64,000 bases of DNA from an uncultured Cytophagia bacterium (GTDB taxonomy: Bacteria; Zhuqueibacterota; Zhuqueibacteria; Residuimicrobiales; Krinioviventaceae), in contig CAYNSO010000003.1 of assembly GCA_964399735.1 (NCBI GenBank), forward strand, positions 51,970 to 115,969. The letters run 5' to 3'. Below, in pieces: positions 56,591 through 64,000 of the stretch. Position 1 is the stretch's first letter. Every line of letters begins with the position of its first letter. The notes beneath the pieces were generated by a model. It worked only from the letters and a program-made list of their open reading frames with translations. It did not search any database and had not been told where the DNA came from. A program made the position numbers and the translations under genes.

Positions 56591-59526
56591 TGCAACTGAT
56601 GAAAAAATCCTTTTATAATAAAATTCCAGGCATCCTGTTTCTATTTCTTTCAATATTTCCCCTCTGTTTACAAACCGGTTATTCACAGGAAAGCGCTTTT
56701 GTTTCAGCGATTATCAAAGAAACGGGCGAAGACCTGGTTAAACTGGGTGAAATTATTAAAGAACACCAAGCCTTGTTGGAAAAATACCCGAAAGGGCCTT
56801 TTGCTTCCACAATTATGTTTCAACTTGCCGAACTGGAAGCACAAAGAAGCAATGTAATTTATCAACAGGAAATGCGGTTATTTGAAGAAAACCTCAAAAA
56901 ATTTGACGAAGGACAGCTTGCTGTCGAGCCCCCAATGCCAAAATTGGACATGAGCACAACCATTCAATATTGCAACACTTTGCTCAAAGAGTTTCCCAAT
57001 TCAAAATTCCAGGATAAAATCCTGTACAAGCTGGGCATTTCATACTTGCAGGAAGGGGATAAACTAAAAGCCAAAAACTATTTTGAAAGCATTGTTGGCA
57101 ATTACCCGGAATCACCAGTTGCCCTTGAAGCTCATTTTCGTATTGGTGAATATTATTTTGATAAACGCGATCTTGAAAATGCAATTTATCATTACAGCAA
57201 ATTGTTAGCAGACTGGAATAATCCTTATTTTGATATGTCGCTCTACAAACTGGGTTGGTCGTATTATAACCTGAGCAGTTATAGCAAGGCAATCAGCAGT
57301 TTTTTATATTTGATAGAAGATATTTCCCTGGTGGAAAAAGCTGAAACGCAAATTCTCAGTAAAAGTAAAACAGATTTACGGCTTGAATCTATTCATTATA
57401 TTGCCAGTTGTTTTACAGAATTTGGCGGCCCCCGGGGAGCTAAAGAATTCCTGGTAAAATATAAAGAAAAAGAATATACAATGCCAATTCTGCTTAAAAT
57501 GAGCGAACTCTATAAAAAACGCAATTACTATGCAGAGGCAATTGAAACCTATAAAGCAATTCTTGAATTATATCCCTATTATTCCGAAGCGCCGGAGATA
57601 TATCAAAACATTATAGATAATTATGAAGCCAATGAAGATTTGTCAGGCGCCAATAAAGTCCGTGAAGAACTGGTAGATCAAATCGGACCGGGAAGTAACT
57701 GGCTTACTCAAAACCCCGACAATGAAGTAAAGAATAACGGTCTTGCTGTAACCCGCGAAACGCTTGTTTACCTGGGAGGTTTTTACCAGGCTGAAGCACA
57801 AACCTCCGGCAGCAAAGAAACCTATTTGAAAGCAATTGCAAAATACCTGGACTATATTAAAAAATTTCCAAATGCCGAGGATGTACCAAAAATTAATTAC
57901 TATCTGGCAGAATGTTACTATAATATCCAGGATTTCACCCAGGCCGCCGATTGTTATCACAATGTTGTAATTCAAGACCCCCTGAACAAAACCGGGTTTC
58001 GTGAAGAAGCGGCATATAACCGAATTTTATGTTATTATGAATTAATGAATACCTCCGGAACGCCTGATGTAAACTCGACCAGTATCCCCAATTTTTTAGG
58101 TACAAACGACACGCTGGTTATTGCGAATATTAATAAACCGGCAGAAATAAATACTCTACTGGCAAGCAATGATTTCTTTCTCACCTTTCCTCACAGCAAA
58201 TGGCTTGATCAGGTGATGATGAAATATGGTGAAATTTTGCACAGTTTGAAATATTATCTGCCGGCTATCGAAGTCTACAAAAAAATATTACAACTTGGTA
58301 ATGCCAGGCCCTACTCTCTTACCGCTTCCATGAGCGCCGGGCAATGTTATTTTGATGCAGAATTGTTTTATGAAGCGGAAATCTGGTTTAATAATATTGT
58401 AAAGAATTTTCCCGATTCAACCCGTTATACCAAAAGAGCGCAAATCCTTGCATCATCGGCAAATTTTAAAATAGCCGAGCAACTTAGCGACTCGGGGAAA
58501 AATCTTGAAGCGGCAAAACTGCTTGGTACAGTTGTAGACAAAGCGGCTGAACCGGGTATCCAGGAACGGGCAGTATTTGAGGCCGCCGCACAATACCAAA
58601 AAGCCGGTCAACCGGGCCAGGCCGCCACAATGCTTGAAAAATTATATACTCTGCAACCAAATTCAAACCTGGTTGATGAAGCTTTAAAAAATGCAGCTGA
58701 ATTACGGGAAAATAATAAAGAGGCTTCTTTGGCAGCTCGTAATTATCTGCTGCTGGCAGACAATTACCCCCTCTCCAAACATGCCAAACGCTCTGTTATT
58801 AATGCTGCTGTTAATTACGAAAATTTGCAGGACTGGTTTTCTGCCAAAGCTACATACAATAAATATGTCACATCTTTTCCGGATTCCGGCGATGATTATA
58901 TAGAGTGTATGTTTAAAATTGGGGAAATGAACTACAAGCTGAATGATTATTACAATGCCGAAATCGCATTCAACAATACAATCATTACCTACAATAACAT
59001 GGTTAATGAAGGGCAGTTCCTCGATACTTATTTCATTGCCCAGGCGCAATTTATGCTAGGTGAAATTTATTATATCTCGTATAAGCAAATCAACCTCACC
59101 CCCCCCCTTGAAACAAATTTAAAGCTGAAAGTAGCGAGCTATCAAAAGGTTCTTAATGCATATAAAGATGCCTTGCTATACCAGGTAGCTGACTGGAGTA
59201 CGGCCGCCACTTTTAAAATTGGCATGACTTTTGAAGAGTTATTCAGAGCATTTATTGAATCACCTCCGCCTGACGGATTGACCGACGATCAGTTAAATAC
59301 TTATGTTACCGCACTGCAGGAAAGAGCGGAACCATATAAACAACAGGCATTGGAAACATACAAACTCAATGTAGAACAGGCGATAAGTAATAATATATCA
59401 AATAGTTGGATAGAGGAAAGCAAAAAAAGAATAGAAGCGCTTTCCGGTGAAACAGAAAAAAATGATATTGAAATGAACAGCGCCGACCAGGAAAATGTAA
59501 CACAGGGAACATTAGGAAAATCTTGA
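56590..59526 (+). CDS. Large TPR-repeat protein (secreted)
   Basis: 978 aa. Signal peptide, then more than 10 TPR-like repeats throughout (e.g. LGISYLQEGDKLKAKNYFESIVGNYPESP). Confidence 0.65.
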   Translation: MQLMKKSFYNKIPGILFLFLSIFPLCLQTGYSQESAFVSAIIKETGEDLVKLGEIIKEHQALLEKYPKGPFASTIMFQLAELEAQRSNVIYQQEMRLFEENLKKFDEGQLAVEPPMPKLDMSTTIQYCNTLLKEFPNSKFQDKILYKLGISYLQEGDKLKAKNYFESIVGNYPESPVALEAHFRIGEYYFDKRDLENAIYHYSKLLADWNNPYFDMSLYKLGWSYYNLSSYSKAISSFLYLIEDISLVEKAETQILSKSKTDLRLESIHYIASCFTEFGGPRGAKEFLVKYKEKEYTMPILLKMSELYKKRNYYAEAIETYKAILELYPYYSEAPEIYQNIIDNYEANEDLSGANKVREELVDQIGPGSNWLTQNPDNEVKNNGLAVTRETLVYLGGFYQAEAQTSGSKETYLKAIAKYLDYIKKFPNAEDVPKINYYLAECYYNIQDFTQAADCYHNVVIQDPLNKTGFREEAAYNRILCYYELMNTSGTPDVNSTSIPNFLGTNDTLVIANINKPAEINTLLASNDFFLTFPHSKWLDQVMMKYGEILHSLKYYLPAIEVYKKILQLGNARPYSLTASMSAGQCYFDAELFYEAEIWFNNIVKNFPDSTRYTKRAQILASSANFKIAEQLSDSGKNLEAAKLLGTVVDKAAEPGIQERAVFEAAAQYQKAGQPGQAATMLEKLYTLQPNSNLVDEALKNAAELRENNKEASLAARNYLLLADNYPLSKHAKRSVINAAVNYENLQDWFSAKATYNKYVTSFPDSGDDYIECMFKIGEMNYKLNDYYNAEIAFNNTIITYNNMVNEGQFLDTYFIAQAQFMLGEIYYISYKQINLTPPLETNLKLKVASYQKVLNAYKDALLYQVADWSTAATFKIGMTFEELFRAFIESPPPDGLTDDQLNTYVTALQERAEPYKQQALETYKLNVEQAISNNISNSWIEESKKRIEALSGETEKNDIEMNSADQENVTQGTLGKS

Positions 59527-59537
59527 GGTAATACAAA

Positions 59538-59921
59538 ATGGTAATTAAAAATAACAAATTTGCAATTCTTTATGCTGTTATCATTTTACTTTTTATTAAC
59601 AGCTCTCTTTACTCGCAAGAATCGGGTAATAATACATTATCTGAAAATTCGACAATAAATAGCCCGGTTATTTCAAATGATTCTTTGAACATTGATAATG
59701 AAAATATCAAAATGTTCATTGATAAAATCGAAGTAAATGTTCAACTGGAAAAACCACAAGCATTATTTATCTTGCCGGGTACAACACCGGATATTGATGA
59801 CATTCAAATTGAGCATTCATTTTTCAATGAAATTTTTCGGCCTGTCGAAAAACGGGGAAGAATCCAGACAAGTCTGACAACAGAGCCTGCCAAAGATCGT
59901 AAAGATTACATTCCCTGGTAA
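59538..59921 (+). CDS. Small secreted hypothetical protein
   Basis: 127 aa. Signal peptide (FAILYAVIILLFINSSLYSQ), Ser/Asn-rich region. No recognised domain. Confidence 0.3.
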   Translation: MVIKNNKFAILYAVIILLFINSSLYSQESGNNTLSENSTINSPVISNDSLNIDNENIKMFIDKIEVNVQLEKPQALFILPGTTPDIDDIQIEHSFFNEIFRPVEKRGRIQTSLTTEPAKDRKDYIPW

Positions 59922-59991
59922 GCCCGAATTTTAAAATTTTCTTTTGTGTAATAATCTTAACTAGTCATAACAACTGATTAAGGAGGTATCC

Positions 59992-60609
59992 TTGGGTAGC
60001 ATTATAGGTTTTTTTGTAAAGGGCGGAACGGTCATGTATCCGATTCTTCTGGCATTGATATTTGGCCTTGTGGTTATCATTGAAAGAGTAATCTTTATTC
60101 TATTTAAAAACCGCATAGATTCCGAATTGTTTGTTAACAAGATTGCCGAACTAATTAAAAGCGGGAACATCAACAAGGCGATTGAATATTGCAATATTTC
60201 GGATGCGGCTCTACCAAATATTACCAAAGCCGGTTTACAGGAAATTCATTCTACGCCGGCCAGCATTCAAAATGCTTTGGAACTGGCAGCTATGGTAGAA
60301 ATACCAAAACTTGAAAAACGAGTCAATTATCTTGCCATGATTGCCAATGTTGCTACCCTGTTGGGGTTGCTTGGTACTATTTTTGGTCTTATCAATTCAT
60401 TTGCCGCAGTTGCCCATGCCGAAGCGGCTGAAAAAGCAACTTTATTAACAGCCGGTATTTCTATCGCCATGAATACAACCGCATTTGGATTGGTTGTCGC
60501 TATTCCCTGCCTGATCGGGTATACATATCTGACGGAGAAAACCAATGAAATTATTGATGAAATAAACGAAAACGTAGCTCGTCTTTACAGGATCATGACT
60601 ACGAGGTAA
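59992..60609 (+). CDS. MotA/TolQ/ExbB proton-channel family protein
   Basis: 205 aa. Three TM helices and the conserved C-terminal channel region (LGLLGTIFGLINSFAAVA...AGISIAMNTTAFGLVVAIP). Confidence 0.8.
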   Translation: MGSIIGFFVKGGTVMYPILLALIFGLVVIIERVIFILFKNRIDSELFVNKIAELIKSGNINKAIEYCNISDAALPNITKAGLQEIHSTPASIQNALELAAMVEIPKLEKRVNYLAMIANVATLLGLLGTIFGLINSFAAVAHAEAAEKATLLTAGISIAMNTTAFGLVVAIPCLIGYTYLTEKTNEIIDEINENVARLYRIMTTR

Positions 60610-60612
60610 TGA

Positions 60613-61080
60613 ATGAATCTTAAAGAATCAATGCGCCGGAGAATGAGGGGGCATGCTCAGGATGTAGAAATTAATCTCACTTCAGTTATGAATATTTTTT
60701 TGATTCTTATTCCATTTTTATTGTTGACCGCAGTTTTTGTTCGTATTTCTGTTCTTGAACTGTCATTACCATCCCTGGATTCCAGCAGCCGGTCAGCTCA
60801 GGTAAAAAAACAAAAAAATGCAATCATTAATATTCTCATGATTGATGGCAATGGCTTTGAACTGAAAAGCCCGGAAATGAAATTTGCGCTAATAGCAAAA
60901 AAAGATGACAATTACGATTGGGACAAGCTGGTGACACAATTGAAAGAAATTAAAACCAAATATCCCGATTCTGAAGATATTCTTATTTCCGCAGTAGATT
61001 CAATTAAATATCAAATCATTATCAGTGTTATGGACAAATGCCGTGAATCCGGTTTTCCCAATATTTCTATTTCAGGTTAA
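60613..61080 (+). CDS. ExbD/TolR biopolymer transport protein
   Basis: 155 aa. N-terminal basic segment, single TM (INLTSVMNIFLILIPFLLL), periplasmic domain. Confidence 0.7.
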   Translation: MNLKESMRRRMRGHAQDVEINLTSVMNIFLILIPFLLLTAVFVRISVLELSLPSLDSSSRSAQVKKQKNAIINILMIDGNGFELKSPEMKFALIAKKDDNYDWDKLVTQLKEIKTKYPDSEDILISAVDSIKYQIIISVMDKCRESGFPNISISG

Positions 61081-61095
61081 GAAAGATTATTAATT

Positions 61096-61611
61096 ATGAA
61101 TATCGATGATAAAGCTCATTTAATAAATCTGTCGAAAAGCACAAAACACCGAGGACGTGGCACTGCCAGTTTGAAACTGACATCCATGATTGATATGTTT
61201 ACCATTCTACTGGTTTTTTTACTGAATCAGTACAGCGCCGAGGGACAGATCATGACCCTGACCAAAGATCTCAATCTGCCAGCATCAACATCGCAATTGC
61301 AACCCAGGGTAACCTCTATTATTTCAATAACGCAAGAATGGATTTTGGTAGATGGCAGACCTGTAGAGCGCATTGAAAACATTGTTACAGATGAGAAATT
61401 GATCATAGCTCCACTTTATTCAGAATTGACCAAAATCAAAAGCATAACCCAGGGTATTAACACAATTACCGATCAAATGGGCGGGTTTAAAGGGAACATT
61501 ACCATTCAAGGTAATTATGATATAACTTTTGACCTTTTGAAAAGAGTAATGTTAACCTGCGGCACAACCGGTTATAACAATATGCTACTAGCTGTTGCGC
61601 AAATAGAGTAG
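61096..61611 (+). CDS. ExbD/TolR biopolymer transport protein (second copy)
   Basis: 171 aa. LTSMIDMFTILLVFLL TM segment and ExbD-like periplasmic domain. Confidence 0.65.
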   Translation: MNIDDKAHLINLSKSTKHRGRGTASLKLTSMIDMFTILLVFLLNQYSAEGQIMTLTKDLNLPASTSQLQPRVTSIISITQEWILVDGRPVERIENIVTDEKLIIAPLYSELTKIKSITQGINTITDQMGGFKGNITIQGNYDITFDLLKRVMLTCGTTGYNNMLLAVAQIE

Positions 61612-61661
61612 TACGATAAATAACGATGACAGTTTTTAAAAAAATATAGAAATTCATATTA

Positions 61662-63056
61662 ATGGCATCTATGCGAAAACATTCAATTCTGGCGACAAAA
61701 ATTGTTCAGGGTAATAAAGAGACTGAACTGCATATCAAGCCGAATAAAAAGCTGACCATTGGCCGCAGTCCGGATAATGATATTGTCGTTTACAGTGACG
61801 CTTATCCCAAGAAACATACTCTTATTGAATGTAAAAAGGATACGTGTGTTTTAAACATAACTCCTAATATGAGTGGAGTTATTGAATATAAAAATTCCAG
61901 GCTCGATTTCAATGATTTATTTCTGCATGACCTGTTACCACGCAAAGGTGAGTTTTATACTCTGCCTTTCAGTCATGGCAGAACCGGCGCAATTAAAATT
62001 GCAGATACGGTAATTTATTTCAACTATGACGGCGACGGGTTACAATCATTAAAGGACATGCCGGGTTATACATGGAAGCAATCATTTTCCAAGACATTTT
62101 CCAAAGATTTATTATTCAAAACCTTATTAACACTTTTTTGTGTATTGGAAATTTTTCTGGCTATAAAATTAAAGGGCTATGAAGTTCCTCCTGTTGAGCC
62201 GCCGGATATTGATAAAGTACCTCAACGTTTTGCCAAATTTATTATTAACAAACCTGCGCCGCCAATCGAAACGGAATTGGCAACAACATCCGGGGCCGCT
62301 TCAGGTTCATCGGAAGAGGAATCTGGAGAGAATAAAGATAAAGAACCGGAAGCAAAAAAACCGGCAGGCGGTTCGGGAAGCGAACCGGGCAGCAAACCGG
62401 TAGTTGCCCAGGGTTTGCTGGGGCTTATTGGCGGAGCCGGAAGTTCAGACAATGCCAGCGCCACAGCAGATTTTTTAATTGAACAGGGCCTGGTAAAAGA
62501 ACTGGATGAATTGATAGGTACGCAAAAACTAACCAATACCCGTGCGAACGGCAGAAGAGGCGATGGCTCCGGCAGCGGGGGCGGTAGTGGTTCAGGCTCA
62601 GGTTCCGGTGACGGACTTGATGATCTTCTTGCCCTGGGTTTAGCCGGTGGAATTGATGATTTGTTACCCGCCGGCGGTGGAGTGGAAAAAGTTACATTAC
62701 AGAAAAAAGGGAATGTAAATATTGAACAACCCAAACAAATGCGAGGTTCTCAAGCCGCCCAGGCACAGCGTACACAACAGTCTGTAATGTCCATTATCAA
62801 TTCCCAGGAGGGGCGCATTATGTATACTTATAATAAATACCTGCGCGAAGACCCGAACCTGAGGGGCAAGATCAATGTCGACATTACTATTGAAGCAGAT
62901 GGAACGGTTAGTAATGTTGCTATTCTTGAAACGGATATACCCATACAGGAATTTATTCAGGATATTGTCAATATTTTACGACGTTTAAAATTTCCACCGA
63001 TAACCGAAGGGGCTGTTCAGGTCAATCTTCCCTTTGTGTTTAATCGAATGAACTGA
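61662..63056 (+). CDS. TonB/TolA-like energy transducer with FHA-like N-terminal cytoplasmic domain
   Basis: 464 aa. Residues about 1-150 are FHA-like (LTIGRSPDNDIVVYSD...KKHTLIE...NMSGVIEYKNSRLDFND). Then a single TM (LLFKTLLTLFCVLEIFLAIKL), a Pro-rich segment and a Gly/Ser low-complexity linker (GSGSGGGSGSGSGSGDG). The C-terminal roughly 90 aa resemble TonB_C (KINVDITIEADGTVSNVAILETD...FPPITEGAVQVNLPFVF). Confidence 0.5.
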   Translation: MASMRKHSILATKIVQGNKETELHIKPNKKLTIGRSPDNDIVVYSDAYPKKHTLIECKKDTCVLNITPNMSGVIEYKNSRLDFNDLFLHDLLPRKGEFYTLPFSHGRTGAIKIADTVIYFNYDGDGLQSLKDMPGYTWKQSFSKTFSKDLLFKTLLTLFCVLEIFLAIKLKGYEVPPVEPPDIDKVPQRFAKFIINKPAPPIETELATTSGAASGSSEEESGENKDKEPEAKKPAGGSGSEPGSKPVVAQGLLGLIGGAGSSDNASATADFLIEQGLVKELDELIGTQKLTNTRANGRRGDGSGSGGGSGSGSGSGDGLDDLLALGLAGGIDDLLPAGGGVEKVTLQKKGNVNIEQPKQMRGSQAAQAQRTQQSVMSIINSQEGRIMYTYNKYLREDPNLRGKINVDITIEADGTVSNVAILETDIPIQEFIQDIVNILRRLKFPPITEGAVQVNLPFVFNRMN

Positions 63057-63093
63057 TAAAAAAACCCTGCTTATGGCAGGGTTTTTTATTTTT
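63057..63093. terminator. Bidirectional rho-independent terminator between the convergent tonB-like gene and the sigma-54 activator gene
   Basis: TAAAAAAACCCTGC-ttatg-GCAGGGTTTTTTATTTTT. GC-rich 8-bp stem flanked by an A run on one side and a T run on the other. Confidence 0.75.
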
Positions 63094-63118
63094 GAACAAT
63101 ATGATTCTTGACAGTTTA

Positions 63119-64000
63119 TCAGTGTCTATTATTATGTGACCTGTCATTTTTATAATCAAGCGGATTAATTTGCAAATTGCGAATTTTTTGTTGCAAAAAC
63201 TGTCGTTTCATTTCCAATAATTTTGCTGCCTGGCTCACATTGCCCAAGGTCATTTTAAGAGCCTGATCGATCATACTCCATTCAAATTCACGAATCACCA
63301 GGTCTTTGGCATTGCTGAATGACACATCACCAGGCGCTAAATTTAAAAGATTTTGCGGGGTCTTTACCAACTCCGGGGGTAACAAATCGACAGTAATCAG
63401 CGGCTTTTCTGCCAGCACAACGCATTGTTCCAAAACATGTATAAATTGCCGAACATTTCCTGGCCAGTCATAATCCAGTAATAACTGCATAGCGGCAGAA
63501 TCAAAAGCTTGTATGTTTTTTGCATGCTTTTCAGCATAAACTTGCATATAATGGTTAGCCAGAACAGGAATATCAATTTTACGTTCGCGTAATGCCGGCA
63601 ACTGAATTTCTACAACCTTGATGCGATAATATAAATCCTCCCGGAATCTCCCCTCTTCAATTTCTTTGCGTAAATTTTTATTGGTAGCGCTAATCAACCG
63701 AACATCAGTTTGCAGCATTTTTTTGCCGCCCAAACGGGTAAAGGCTTTTTCTTCCAAAATTCGCAGAATTTTCGCCTGCGTGTCTATGCTCATATCGGCA
63801 ATTTCATCCAGAAACAGGGTGCCGCCATTGGCAATTTCAAACTTGCCCTGACGCTGGTTGATAGCCCCGGTATATGCTCCTTTTTCATGTCCGAACAACT
63901 CACTTTCCACCAGGTCTTTGGGAATAGCTGCACAGTTCATGGTAATAAAAGGCCCTGTTGCTCTTGCGCTGTATGAATGAATTGTCTTGGCAGCCAGTTC
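63119..64000 (-). CDS. Sigma-54-dependent transcriptional activator (bacterial enhancer-binding protein), N-terminus beyond window end
   Basis: AAA+ sigma-54 interaction domain with the GAFTGA-type motif (ESELFGHEKGAYTGA) and Walker B (GTLFLDEIADM). C-terminal Fis-type HTH (LGNVSQAAKLLEMKRQFLQQKIRNL). The ORF is open to the window edge. Confidence 0.85.
   Translation of the reverse strand, partial: ELAAKTIHSYSARATGPFITMNCAAIPKDLVESELFGHEKGAYTGAINQRQGKFEIANGGTLFLDEIADMSIDTQAKILRILEEKAFTRLGGKKMLQTDVRLISATNKNLRKEIEEGRFREDLYYRIKVVEIQLPALRERKIDIPVLANHYMQVYAEKHAKNIQAFDSAAMQLLLDYDWPGNVRQFIHVLEQCVVLAEKPLITVDLLPPELVKTPQNLLNLAPGDVSFSNAKDLVIREFEWSMIDQALKMTLGNVSQAAKLLEMKRQFLQQKIRNLQINPLDYKNDRSHNNRH

Noticed and set aside
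62560-62615. GGCTCC/GGTTCA-type short repeats in the TonB-like gene
   Set aside because: Simply the coding sequence of the Gly/Ser-rich flexible linker (GSGSGGGSGSGSGSG). Low-complexity coding, not a regulatory or mobile repeat.
1-64000. Mobile elements, CRISPR arrays, phage genes, toxin-antitoxin pairs
   Set aside because: No transposase, integrase, Cas protein, repeat-spacer array or typical TA pair was found in any frame. The region looks chromosomal core plus a surface-polysaccharide island, though that island has no visible mobility genes.

Overview
This is a 64 kb window of a roughly 40% GC bacterial chromosome, apparently from a diderm organism. No transposase, integrase, phage or CRISPR signal is visible, and the taxon cannot be assigned from sequence alone. 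Coding is extremely strand-biased: everything from 1 to about 43240 is on the minus strand, and everything from 43446 to 63056 is on the plus strand.

Positions 1-33201 form one very large surface-polysaccharide (EPS/capsule/O-antigen-like) biosynthesis and export region. It encodes:
- a WbaP-like initiating phosphotransferase, a Wza-like exporter and a Wzc-like tyrosine autokinase;
- three GT4 and five GT2 glycosyltransferases, four of which are GtrB/ArnC/DPM1-like polyprenyl-phosphate sugar synthases with C-terminal transmembrane helices;
- one GT-C (ArnT/PMT-like) membrane glycosyltransferase;
- two MprF-flippase-domain (UPF0104) proteins;
- three SDR epimerase/dehydratases and a Gfo/Idh/MocA oxidoreductase;
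- two left-handed beta-helix acyltransferases, a FemAB/CelD-like GNAT, a CE4 deacetylase, a CapK-like adenylating enzyme and two FAD oxidoreductases (one glycerol-3-phosphate-dehydrogenase-like);
- a SAM methyltransferase and a secreted putative hydrolase.

No Wzx or Wzy candidate is evident. The locus is headed by a STAS-domain protein, and a candidate sigma-54 promoter lies upstream of it.

Downstream (still minus strand) lie glgA, a YbgF-like TPR lipoprotein, an outer-membrane barrel protein, lgt, rodA-mrdA-mreD-mreC with no adjacent mreB, and an LpxH-like phosphoesterase.

At the strand switch sits a lone PduA/EutM-type BMC-H shell-protein gene. The plus-strand genes that follow are ispE, tRNA-Gln(UUG), prs, rplY, pth, rpsF-ssb-rpsR-rplI, a zinc-ribbon ORF, a YbbR-like gene and tsaD. 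After these come a double-TM vWA protein, a secreted protein and two large TPR proteins. The last cluster is ExbB, two ExbD copies, and a TonB_C-like protein with an FHA-like N-terminal domain. The window ends in a convergent sigma-54 enhancer-binding protein gene, truncated by the window edge.

All functional calls rest on recognisable motifs or family resemblance seen by eye. No database search was possible.
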